DNA of 64,000 nt from Mayamaea pseudoterrestris (taxonomy: Eukaryota): positions 1,054,001-1,118,000 of the forward strand of contig BROI01000008.1 in assembly GCA_027923505.1 (NCBI GenBank), read 5' to 3'. The notes below the pieces were generated by a model, which ran no database searches, was not told where the DNA came from, and worked only from the letters and a program-made list of their open reading frames with translations. Shown one piece after another: positions 49,501 to 61,808 of this stretch. The position numbers were made by a program, and so were the translations under genes. Numbering within the stretch: the stretch's first letter is position 1; each line of letters begins with the position of its first letter.

Positions 49501-52500
49501 CATCACATAAATCCCAACTGAAACTTTGCTGTGTTTGGCACATGGAGCACCCTCCTTGTTTCAGTCTCAGTCACACCACAGCCACTGCCAGAATAGCTGC
49601 TGTTTTCAAAGTTCCGAGCCTTGGACCTTGTCAAGCACCTTCAGTGGATTGCAGTAACAGGTTCAGATTATTGCTGGCCAGGTTGCATCACTATACAAAT
49701 CCCATCTGAAACTTTGATGTGGTGGAACCACTTGGAGGAACCTACTAGCTATATTCACGCTTGACCACTGGCTGACTGGCCTCCAAATTGGAACATCTCA
49801 ACCTTTGACTTTGTCAAACATCTTATCCTGATTGCCATGGCATGCTCAGAATCATGCTAGCAAGGTTGGATCATCACATAAACCCCATCTGAAACTTTGC
49901 TGAGTTTGGCACATGGAGCACCCTCCTTGTTTCAGTCTCAGTCACACCACAGCCACTGCCAGAATAGCTGCTGTTTTCAAAGTTCCAAGCCTTGGACCTT
50001 GTCAAGCACCTTCTGCGGATTGCAGTAGCAGGTTCAGATTCTTGCTGGCCAGGTTGCATCACTATACAAATCCCATCTGAAACTTTAAATGTGGTGGAAC
50101 TACTTGTCGGAACCTACCTGCTATATTCATGCTTGACCACTGGCTGACTGGCTTCCAAATTGGAACATCTCAACCTTTGACTTTGTCAAACATCTTATCC
50201 TGATTGCCATGGCATGCTCAGAATCATGCTAGCAAAGTTGGATCATCACATAAATCCCAACTGAAACTTTGCTGTGTTTGGCACATGGAGCACCCTACTT
50301 GTTTCAGTCTCAGTCACACCACAGCCACTGCCAGAATAGCTGCTGTTTTCAAAGTTCCAAGCCTTGGACCTTGTCAAGCACCTTCTGCGGATTGCAGTAG
50401 CAGGTTCAGATTCTTGCTGGCCAGGTTGCATCACTATACAAAGTCCATCTGAAACTTTGATGTGGTGGAACCACTTGGAGGAACCTACTAGCTATATTCA
50501 CGCTTGACCACTGGCTGACTGGCTTCCAAATTGGAACATCTCAACCTTTGACTTTGTCAAACATCTTATCCTGATTGCCATGGCATGCTCGGAATCATGC
50601 TAGCAAGGTTGGATCATCACATAAATCCCAACTGAAACTTTGCTGTGTTTGGCACATGGAGCACCCTACTTGTTTCAGTCTCAGTCACACCACAGCCAAT
50701 GCCAGAATAGCTGCTGTTTTCAAAGTTCCAAGCCTTGGACCTTGTGAAGCACCTTCTGTGGATTGCAGTAGCAGGTTCAGGTTCTTGCTGGCTAGGTTGC
50801 ATCACTATACAAATCCCATCTGAAACTATGATGTGGTGGAACCACTTGTAGGAACCACTTGTAGGAACCTACTTGCTATATTCACGCATAACTACCGACT
50901 GACTGGCTTCAAAATTGGAACATCTCAACCTTTGACTTTGTCAAACATCTTATCCTGATTGCCATGGCATGCACAGAATCATGCTAGCAAGATTGGATCA
51001 TCACATAAATCCCAACTGAAACTTTGCTGTGTTTGGCACATGGAACACCCTACTTGTTTTAGTCTCAGTCACACCACAGCCACTGCCAGAATGGCTGCTG
51101 TTTTTAAAGTTCCAAGCCTTGGACCTTGTCAAGCACCCTCTGCAGATTGCAGTAGCAGGTTCAGAATCTTGCTGGCCAGGTTGCATCACTATACAAATCC
51201 CATCTGAAACTTTGATGTGGTGGAACCACTTGTAGGAACCTACTTGCTTTATTCACGCTTAACCACTGGCTGACTGGCTTCCAAACTGAAACATCTCAAC
51301 CTTTGACTTTGTCAAACATCTTATCCTGATTGCCATGGCATGCACAGAATCATGCTAGCAAGGTTGGATCATCACATAAATCCCAACTGAAACTTTGCTG
51401 AGTTTGGCACATGGAGCACCCTCCTTGTTTCAGTCTCAGTCACACCACAGCCACTGCCAGAATAGCTGCTGTTTTCAAAGTTCCAAGCCTTGGACCTTGT
51501 CAAGCACCTTCTGCGGATTGCAGTAGCAGGTTCAGAATCTTGCTGGCCAGGTTGCATCACTATACAAACCCCATCTGAAACTTTGATGTGGTGGAACCAC
51601 TTGTAGGAACCTACTTGCTATATTCACGCATAACCACCGACTGACTGGCTTAAAAATTGGAACATCTCAACCTTTGACTTTGTCAAACATCTTATCCTGA
51701 TTGCCATGCCATGCTCAGAATCATGCTAGCAAGGTTGGATCATCACATAAATCCCAACTGAAACTTTGCTGTGTTTGGCACATGGAGCACCCTACTTGTT
51801 TCAGTCTCAGTCACACCACAGCCACTGCCAGAATAGCTGCTGTTTTCAAAGTTCCAAGCCTTGGACCTTGTCAAGCACCTTCTGCGGATTGCAGTAGCAG
51901 GTTCAGAATCTTGCTGGCCAGGTTGCATCACTATACAAATTCCATCTGAAACTTTGATGTGGTGGAACCACTTGTAGGAACCTACTTGCTATATTCACGC
52001 ATAACCACCGACTGACTGGCTTCCAAATTGGAACATCTCAACCTTGGACTTTGTCAAACATCTTATCCTGATTGCCATGGCATGCTCAGAATCATGCTAG
52101 CAAGGTTGGATCATCACATAAATCCCAACTGAAACTTTGCTGTGTTTGGCACATGGAGCACCCTACTTGTTTCAGTCTCAGTCACATCACAGCCACTGCC
52201 AGAATAGCTGCTGTTTTCAAAGTTCCAAGCCTTGGACCTTGTCAAGCACCATCTGCGGACTGCAGTAGCAGGTTCAGATTCTTGCTGGCCAGGTTGCATC
52301 ACTATACAAATCCCATCTGAAACTTTGATGTGGTGGAACCACTTGTAGGAACCTACTTGCTTTATTCACGCATAACCACTGGCTGACTGGCTTCCAAATT
52401 GGAACATCTCAACGTTTGACTTTGTCAAACATCTTATCCTGATTGCCATGGCATGCTCAGAATCATCATGCTAGCAAGGTTGGATCATCACATAAATCCC

Positions 52501-55500
52501 AACTGAAACTTTGCTGTGTTTGGCACATGGAGCACCCTCCTTGTTTCAGTCTCAGTCACACCACAGCCACTGCCAGAATAGCTGCTGTTTTCAAAGTTCC
52601 AAGCCTTGGACCTTGTCAAGCACCTTCAGTGGATTGCAGTAGCAGGTTCAGATTCTTGCTGGCCAGGTTGCATCACTATACAAATCCCATCTGAAACTTT
52701 GATGTGGTGGAACCACTTGTAGGAACCTACTAGCTATATTAACGCTTGACCACCGACTGACTGGCTTCCAAATTGGAACATCTCACCCTTTGACTTTGTC
52801 AAACATCTTATGCTGATTGCCATGGCATGCTCAGAATCATCATGCTAGCAAGGTTGGATCATCACATAAATCCCAACTGAAACTTTGCTGTGTTTGGCAC
52901 ATGGAACACCCTACTTGTTTCAGTCTCAGTCACACCACAGCCACTGCCAGAATAGCTGCTGTTTTCAAAGTTCCAAGCCTTGGACCTTGTCAAGCACCTT
53001 CTGTGGACTGCAGTAGCAGGTTCAGAATCTTGCTGGCCAGGTTGCATCACTATACAAATCCCATCTGAAACTTTGATGTGGTGGAACCACTTGTAGGAAC
53101 CTACTTGCTATATTCACGCTTGACCACTGGCTGACTGGCTTCCAAATTGAAACATCTCAACATTTGACTTTGTCAAACATCTTATCCTAATTGCCATGGC
53201 ATGCTCAGAATCATGCTAGCAAGGTTGGATCATCAAATAAATCCCAACTGAAACTTTGCTGTGTTTGGCACATGGAGCACCCTACTTGTTTCAGTCTCAG
53301 TCACACCACAGCCACTGCCAGAATAGCTGCTGTTTTCAAAGTTCCAAGCCTTCAACCTTGTTAAGCACCTTCTGGGGAATGCAGTAGCAGGTTCAGAATC
53401 TTGCTGGCCAGGTTGCATCACTATACAAAGTCCATCTGAAACTTTGATGTGGTGGAACCACTTGTAGGAACCTACTTGCTATATTCACGCTTGACCACTG
53501 GCTGACTGGCTTCCAAATTGGAACATCTCAACATTTGACTTTGTCAAACATCTTATCCTGATTGCCATGGCATGCTCAGAATCATGCTAGCAAGGTTGGA
53601 TCATCACATAAATCCCAACTGAAACTTTGCTGTGTTTGGCACATGGAGCACCCTCCTAGTTTCAGTCTCAGTCACACCACAGCCACTGCCAGAATAGCTG
53701 CTGTTTTCAAAGTTCCAAGCCTTGGACCTTGTCAAGCACCATCTGTGGACTGCAGTAGCAGGTTCAGATTCCTGCTGGCCAGGTTGCATCACTATACAAA
53801 TCCCATCTGAAACTTTGATGTGGTGGAACCACTTGTAGGAACCTACTTGCTATATTCACGCTTAACCACTGGCTGACTGGCTTCCAAATTGGAACATCTC
53901 AACATTTGACTATGTCAAACATCTTATCCTGATTGCCATGGCATGCTCAGAATCATGCTAGCAAGGTTGGATCATCACATAAATCCCAACTGAAACTTTG
54001 CTGTGTTTGGCACATGGAACACCCTACTTGATTCAGTCGCATTCACACCACAGCCACTGCCAGAATAGCTGCTGTTTTCAAAGTTCCAAGCCTTCAACCT
54101 TGTCAAGCACCCTCTGCGGATTCCAGTAGCAGGTTCAGATTATTGCTGGCCAGGTTGCATCACTATACAAATCCAATCTGAATTTTTTATGTGGTGGAAC
54201 CACTTGTAGGAACCTACTAGCTATATTCACGCTTGACCACTGGCTGACTGGCTTCAAAATTGGAACATCTCAACCTTTGACTTTGTCAAACATCTTATCC
54301 TGATTGCCATGGCATGCTCAGAATCATGCTAGCAAGGTTGGATCATCACATAAACCCCATCTGAAACTTTGCTGTGTTTGGCACATGCAACACCCTACTT
54401 GATTCAGTCGCATTCACACCACAGCCACTGCCAGAATAGCTGCTGTTTTCAAAGTTCCAAGCCTTCAACCTTGTGAAACACCTTCTGTGGATTGCAGTAG
54501 CAGGTTCAGAATCTTGCTGGCCAGGTTGCATCACTATACAAATTCCATCTGAAACTTTGATGTGGTGGAACCACTTGGAGGAACCTACTTGCTATATTCA
54601 CACTTGACCACTGGCTGACTGGCTTCCAAATTGGAACATCTCAACCTTTGACTTTGTCAAACATCTTATCCTGATTGCCATGGCATGCTCAGAATCATGC
54701 TAGCAAGGTTGGATCATCACATAAATCCCAACTGAAACTTTGCTGTGTTTGGCACATGGAGCACCCTACTTGTTTCAGTCTCAGTCACACCACAGCCACT
54801 GCCAGAATAGCTGCTGTTTTCAAAGTTCCAAGCCTTGGACCTTGTCAAGCACCTTCTGCGAATTGCAGTAGCAGGTTCAGATTCTTGCTGGCCAGGTTGC
54901 ATCACTATACAAATTCCATCTGAAACATTGATGTGGTGGAACCACTTGGAGGAACCTACTTGCTATATTCACGCTTGACCACTGGCTGACTGGCTTCCAA
55001 ATTGGAACATCTCAACCTTTGACTTTGTCAAACATCTTATCCTAATTGCCATGGCATGCTCAGAATCATGCTAGCAAGGTTGGATCATCACATAAACCCC
55101 ATCTGAAACTTTGCTGTGTTTGGCACATGCAACACCCTACTTGATTCAGTCGCATTCACACCACAGCCACTGCCAGAATAGCTGCTGTTTTCAAAGTTCC
55201 AAGCCTTCAACCTTGTGAAACACCTTCTGTGGATTGCAGTAGCAGGTTCAGAATCTTGCTGGCCAGGTTGCATCACTATACAAATTCCATCTGAAACTTT
55301 GATGTGGTGGAACCACTTGGAGGAACCTACTTGCTATATTCACACTTGACCACTGGCTGACTGGCTTCCAAATTGGAACATCTCAACCTTGGACTTTGTC
55401 AAACATCTTATCCTGATTGCCATGGCATGCTCAGAATCATGCTAGCAAGGTTGGATCATCACATAAATCCCAACTGAAACTTTGCTGTGTTTGGCACATG

Positions 55501-58500
55501 GAGCACCCTACTTGTTTCAGTCTCAGTCACACCACAGCCACTGCCAGAATAGCTGCTGTTTTCAAAGTTCCTAGCCTTGGACCTTGTCAAGCACCTTCTG
55601 CGAATTGCAGTAGCAGGTTCAGAGTCTTGCTGGCCAGGTTGCATCACTATACAAAGTCCATCTGAAACATTGATGTGGTGGAACCACTTGGAGGAACCTA
55701 CATGCTATATTAACGCTTGACCACTGGCTGACTGGCTTCCAAATTGGAACATCTCAACCTTTGACTTTGTCAAACATCTTATCCTGATTGCCATGGCATG
55801 CTCGGAATCATGCTAGCAAGGTTGGATCATCACATAAATCCCAACTGAAACTTTGCTGTGTTTGGCACATGGAGCACCCTACTTGTTTCAGTCTCAGTCA
55901 CACCACAGCCACTGCCAGAATAGCTGCTGTTTTCAAAGTTCCAAGCCTTGGACCTTGTCAAGCACCTTCTGTGGACTTGCAGTAGCAGGTTCAGAATCTT
56001 GCTGGCCAGGTTGCATCACTATACAAATCCCATCTGAAACTTTGATGTGGTGGAACCACTTGTCGGAACCTACTTGCTATATTCACAAATAACCACCAAC
56101 TGACTGGCTTCAAAATTGGAACATCTCAACCTTGGACTTTGACAAACATCTTATCCTGATTGTCATGGCATGCTCAGAATCATGCTAGCAAGGTTGGATC
56201 ATCACATAAATCCCAACTGAAACTTTGCTGTGTTTGGCACATGGAACACCCTACTTGTTTCAGTCTCAGTCACACCACAGCCACTGCCAGAATAGCTGCT
56301 GTTTTCAAAGTTCCTAGCCTTGGACCTTGTGAAGCACCTTCTGTGGATTGCAGTAGCAGGTTCAGAGTCTTGCTGGCCAGGTCGCATCACTATACAAATC
56401 CCATCTGAAACTTTGATGTGGTGGAACCACTTGGAGAAACCTACTTGCTATATTCACGCATGACCACTGGCTGACTGGCTTCCAAATTGGAACATCTCAA
56501 CATTTGACTTTGTCAAACATCTTATCCTGATTGCCATGGCATGCACAGAATCATGCTAGCAAGGTTGGATCATCACATAAATCCCAACTGAAACTTTGCT
56601 GAGTTTGGCACATGGAACACCCTACTTGTTTCAGTCTCAGTCACACCACAGCCACTGCCAGAATAGCTGCTGTTTTCAAAGTTCCAAGCCTTGGACCTTG
56701 TCAAGCACCTTCTGCGGATTGCAGTAGCAGGTTCAGATTATTGCTGGCCAGGTTGCATCACTATACAAATCCCATCTGAAACACTTTGATGTGGTGGAAC
56801 CACTTGGAGAAACCTACTTGCTATATTCACGCATAACCACCGACTGACTGGCTTCAAAATTGGAACATCTCAACCTTTGACTTTGTCAAACATCTTATCC
56901 TGATTGCCATGGCATGCACAGAATCATCATGCTAGCAAGATTGGATCATCACATAAATCCCAACTGAAACTTTGCTGAGTTTGGCACATGGAGCACCCTC
57001 CTTGTTTCAGTCTCAGTCACACCACAGCCACTGCCAGAATAGCTGCTGTTTTCAAAGTTCCAAGCCTTGGACCTTGTCAAGCACCTTCTGCGGATTGCAG
57101 TAGCAGGTTCAGATTCTTGCTGGCCAGGTTGCATCACTATACAAATCCCATCTGAAACTTTGATGTGGTGGAACCACTTGGAGAAACCTACTTGCTATAT
57201 TCACGCTTGACCACCGACTGACTGGTTTCCAAATTGGAACATCTCAACCTTGGGCTTTGACAAACATCTTATCCTGATTGCCATGGCATGCTCAGAATCA
57301 TGCTAGCAAGGTTGGATCATCACATAAATCCCAACTGAAACTTTGCTGTGTTTGGCACATGGAGCACCCTACTTGATTCAGTCTCAGTCACACCACAGCC
57401 ACTGCCAGAATAGCTGCTGTTTTCAAAGTTCCTAGCCTTGGACCTTGTGAAGCACCTTCTGTGGATTGCAGTAGCAGGTTCAGAGTCTTGCTGGCCAGGT
57501 CGCATCACTATACAAATCCCATCTGAAACTTTGATGTGGTGGAACCACTTGGAGAAACCTACTTGCTATATTCACGCATGACCACTGGCTGACTGGCTTC
57601 CAAATTGGAACATCTCAACATTTGACTTTGTCAAACATCTTATCCTGATTGCCATGGCATGCTCAGAATCATCATGCTAGCAAGGTTGGATCATCACATA
57701 AATCCCAACTGAAACTTTGCTGAGTTTGGCACATGGAGCACCCTCCTTGTTTCAGTCTCAGTCACACCACAGCCACTGCCAGAATAGCTGCTGTTTTCAA
57801 AGTTCCAAGCCTTGGACCTTGTCAAGCACCTTCTGCGGATTGCAGTAGCAGGTTCAGATTCTTGCTGGCCAGGTTGCATCACTATACAAATCCCATCTGA
57901 AACTTTGATGTGGTGGAACCACTTGGAGGAACCTACATGCTATATTCACGCTTGACCACTGGCTGACTGGCTTCCAAATTGGAACATCTCAACCTTGGAC
58001 TTTGTCAAACATCTTATCCTGATTGCCATGGCATGCTCAGAATCATGCTAGCAAGGTTGGATCATCACATAAATCCCAACTGAAACTTTGCTGTGTTTGG
58101 CACATGGAGCACCTTCCTTGTTTCAGTCTCAGTCACACCACAGCCACTGCCAGAATAGCTGCTGTTTTCAAAGTTCCAAGCCTTGGACCTTGTCAAGCAC
58201 CTTCTGCAGATTGCAGTAGCAGGTTCAGAATCTTGCTGGCCAGGTTGCATCACTATACAAATCCCATCTGAAACTTTGATGTGGTGGAACCACTTGTCGG
58301 AACCTACTTGCTATATTCACGAATAACCACCAACTGACTGGCTTCAAAATTGGAACATCTCAACCTTGGACTTTGACAAACATCTTATCCTGATTGCCAT
58401 GGCATGCTCAGAATCATCATGCTAGCAAGGTTGGATCATCACATAAATCCCAACTGAAACTTTGCTGTGTTTGGCACATGCAACACCCTACTTGTTTCAG

Positions 58501-58824
58501 TCTCAGTCACACCACAGCCACTGCCAGAATAGCTGCTGTTTTCAAAGTTCCAAGCCTTGGACCTTGTCAAGCACCTTCTGTGGACTTGCAGTAACAGGTT
58601 CAGATTATTGCTGGCCAGGTTGCATCACTATACAAATCCCATCTGAAACTTTGATGTGGTGGAACCACTTGGAGGAACCTACTTGCTATATTCACAAATA
58701 ACCACCAACTGACTGGCTTCCAAATTGGAACATCTCAACCTTTGACTTTGTCAAACATCTTATCCTGATTGCCATGGCATGCTCAGAATCATGCTAGCAA
58801 GGTTGGATCATCACATAAATCCCA
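46532..58824 (+). repeat. 371-bp satellite array, right arm (~33 monomers)
   Basis: Same monomer and orientation as the left arm. Resumes at ccatggcatgc (46532) and ends at tcacataaatccca (58824). Confidence 0.99.
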
Positions 58825-59229
58825 TTCCTCTTATGTTTGTTGATATTTTGAGCCAATGCTGTGGTGACTATCACCCCGATATCCACCAGCCTGTCTGCCA
58901 TGGTGGGACTGGGCAGATCCAATAACTCGTTGGATCTGCCAGCGGTGCACCTCAAGTGGCACTTCAGACTGCCAGAATGGCCTGCCAACTCTGGAATACT
59001 AAAGACATTATGTTTTATAATGGATAAGGATGATGCAAAGGCTTGTCACTAGGGGTGTGTAACCCATTCCTTTGCCATGAGACTCTGCACATTCCACAAA
59101 TGATTGAATGTGCCAGCGGTGCACCCTTTTTGGCTCAGGAATCATCTGTGTTGCCCGCGGAGCCCACCAATCCATTTCATTTCATGTTTGATGTCATGAT
59201 GGGCAAATGCGTTGGTCAGTTGCACCCAG

Positions 59230-60080
59230 AATGTCACGGCATCTGTGGGCTAAGACTGGTAAGAAGTTCTAACCAGTCACATCACAGTCTACTGGTTCAC
59301 CAGCCAGGCACACCATCTTGTAGCGCAACCTAAATAAAGATGTTGGCACCATTCTGGTGTGATTCGGGTGTATACATGGCATGTTGTATGGGCAAGTAAA
59401 TGTCACATCAGCAGCATGCTGAGACTGGTGACAACTTGTCACCAATCACATTGCAGTCTACTGAGACACCAGCCAGTCATACCATCTTGTAGCGCAGCCT
59501 GAAAAATGATGCTGTCATCATTCTGGTGTGATTTGGGTGTATGCATGGCATGTTATATGGGCAGTTGAATGTCACGGCATCTTTGGTTTGAGACTGGTAA
59601 GAAGTTCTCACCAGTCACATTGACGTCTACTGAGACACCAGCCAGGCATACCATCTTGTAGTGATCACTGAATAATGATGTTGGCACCATTCTGGTCTGA
59701 TTTGGGTGTATACATGGCACGTTATATGGGCAATTGAATGCCACGGCATCTATGAGCTGAGACTGGTGAGAGGTTCTCACCAGTCACATTGCAGCCTACT
59801 GAGACACCAGCCAGTCATACCATTTTGTAGCGCACACTGAATTAATGATGTTGGCACCATTATGGTGTGGTGGGGGTGTATACATGGCATGGTATATGAG
59901 CATTTGAATGTCCAGGCATCTGTGGGCTGAGACTGGTGACAAGTTGTCACCAATCACATTGCAGTCTGCTGAGACACCAGCCAGGCATACCAACTTATAG
60001 TGCAGCCTAAATGATGATGTTGGCACCATTCATGTGTAATTTGGGTGTATACATGGCATGTTATAGGGGCAATTGAATGT
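59230..60080 (-). repeat. 169-bp repeat family, right cluster (~5 copies), inverted relative to 23490-24030
   Basis: ttggcaccatt (reverse complement of aatggtgccaa) at 59343, 59681, 59851 and 60020, with a diverged copy near 59512. Confidence 0.92.
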
Positions 60081-60234
60081 GCTGGCTGGAGTGTCTGCCT
60101 ACCCATCCAACTGATGCTACAAGTCTGCAGGAAATGAGATGTATGCACCAATTGCACCACATTCTAGTCAGAAGGCATATCCATTTATGAATTGATGGAT
60201 AAGGACTATGAGGGGAAGTGCCTGGAGGTTGCAC

Positions 60235-61300
60235 TTTAGCACCATGGAGCTTATTACTCTTTGAATGTCTGCCCTCCCAAACAACTGATGCTACATGTGA
60301 GCATTGAATGATTGTTATGCACCAATCTCACCGAATATGTGTCCCCAAGCATAGCAAGAACAGAATTCATGGAACAAGACTATTGGGGGTAGTCGTTGAA
60401 GGCCACACACTGTAGCACCATGGAGCTGGTTACTGTGCGGATATTTGCCCTCCCAAACAACTAATGCTACATGTGAGCTGGGAATGATTGTTATACACCA
60501 ATTCCACCGCATACAAGTCCCAAAGGATAGCCTAAACAGAATTCATGGAACAAGACTATTGGGGGCAGTCTTTATAGGCTACACACTGTAGCACCGTGGA
60601 GCTGGTCACTGTGTGGAGGTTTGCCCTCCCAAACAACTGATGCTATATGTGATCTGGGAATGCTTTTTCTGCACCAATCTCATTGCAAACCTGGTCCCAA
60701 AGCATAGCCAGAACAGAATTTATGGAACAAGACTATTGGTGGTAGTCTTTATAGGCCACACACTGTAGCACCATGGAGCTGGTCATTGTGTGGAGGTTTG
60801 CCCTCCCAAACAGCTAATGCTACATGTGAGCTGGGAATGATTGTTATGCACCAATCTCACCAAATACGTGTCACCAAGCATAGCCAGAACAGAATTCATG
60901 GAACAAGACTATTGGGGGTAGTATTTATAGGTCACACTGTAGCACCATGGAGCTGGTTACTGTGTGGAGGTTTGCCCTCCCAAACAGCTGATGCTACACG
61001 TGAGCTGGGAATGATTGATATGCAACAATCTCACCGCATATGTGTCCTTGAGCATAGCCAGAACAGAATTCATGGAACAAGACTATCGGGGGTAGTCTTT
61101 ATAGGCCACACACTGTAGCACCGTGGAGCTGGTTACTGTGTGGAGGTTCGCCCTCCCATACAACAATTGCTGCAAGTGAGCTTGAAATGGTTTTTATGCA
61201 CCAATCTCACCGCATATTAGTCTTAAAGAATAGCCAGACAGAATTGATGGGAAAACGCTAACAATGGCAAGATTTGAAGGCCACACACTTAGCACAATGA
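60235..61300. repeat. ~176-bp tandem repeat, ~6 copies
   Basis: cagaattcatggaacaagac-like anchors at 60361, 60537, 60714, 60890, 61064 and 61239. Confidence 0.95.
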
Positions 61301-61808
61301 TGCTACCGATAGTCACTGCTTGGGCATCTGCCCTACCATTCATGCATAAGGATCTACATATAGTAGCATCAACAACGCCAAAATCAACTATAAAAGAATT
61401 ACAAGCTGCTTTATGCAACTGGGTTTATGAGTTTTTTTTAAATTCTGCACCGTCGAACCTTGATCCACTTTACATTGGCGTCTCAAGTTTCTTAGAGCCG
61501 GCAATTTTGTTTGCCCATGAAGCCAAGCTTTGAAGTACTCCATCGTCTTCCTTTCAATCAAGACGTTCCTCTTGAGCCTGCAAGAATGACAATACGAATG
61601 ACGCGGTGTGAGCAAATCTGTCAAAACGGATGAACCAATACTAACATCGATAGTCAAGAAGCGCATCAGTGTTAAAAAGCTCGATTTCATATAATCACCA
61701 TTGCAGAGAGCTCAGACCCTCAGGATAGAATGAAACATTGTCATCATCAGCGTCGTTTATCATTTAATCCCCCGCCACATTTACTTACTTCTCTACCTTG
61801 GTTTTACC

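Noticed and set aside
50839..50870. 13-bp duplication gaaccacttgtag and scattered 3-bp (cat) insertions in monomers
   Set aside because: Ordinary slippage variants.
24037..58824. Dozens of 62-116 aa ORFs (MPWHAQNH.., MFGT/PWNT.., MMQPG..) as a tandem gene family
   Set aside because: They are by-products of the satellite: present in several frames on both strands, often with non-ATG starts, and freely broken by indels and stops.
24037..58824. CRISPR array or tRNA/5S/snRNA gene array
   Set aside because: No unique spacers and no cas genes. I recognise no tRNA, 5S or snRNA sequence in the monomer, although a covariance-model search was not run.
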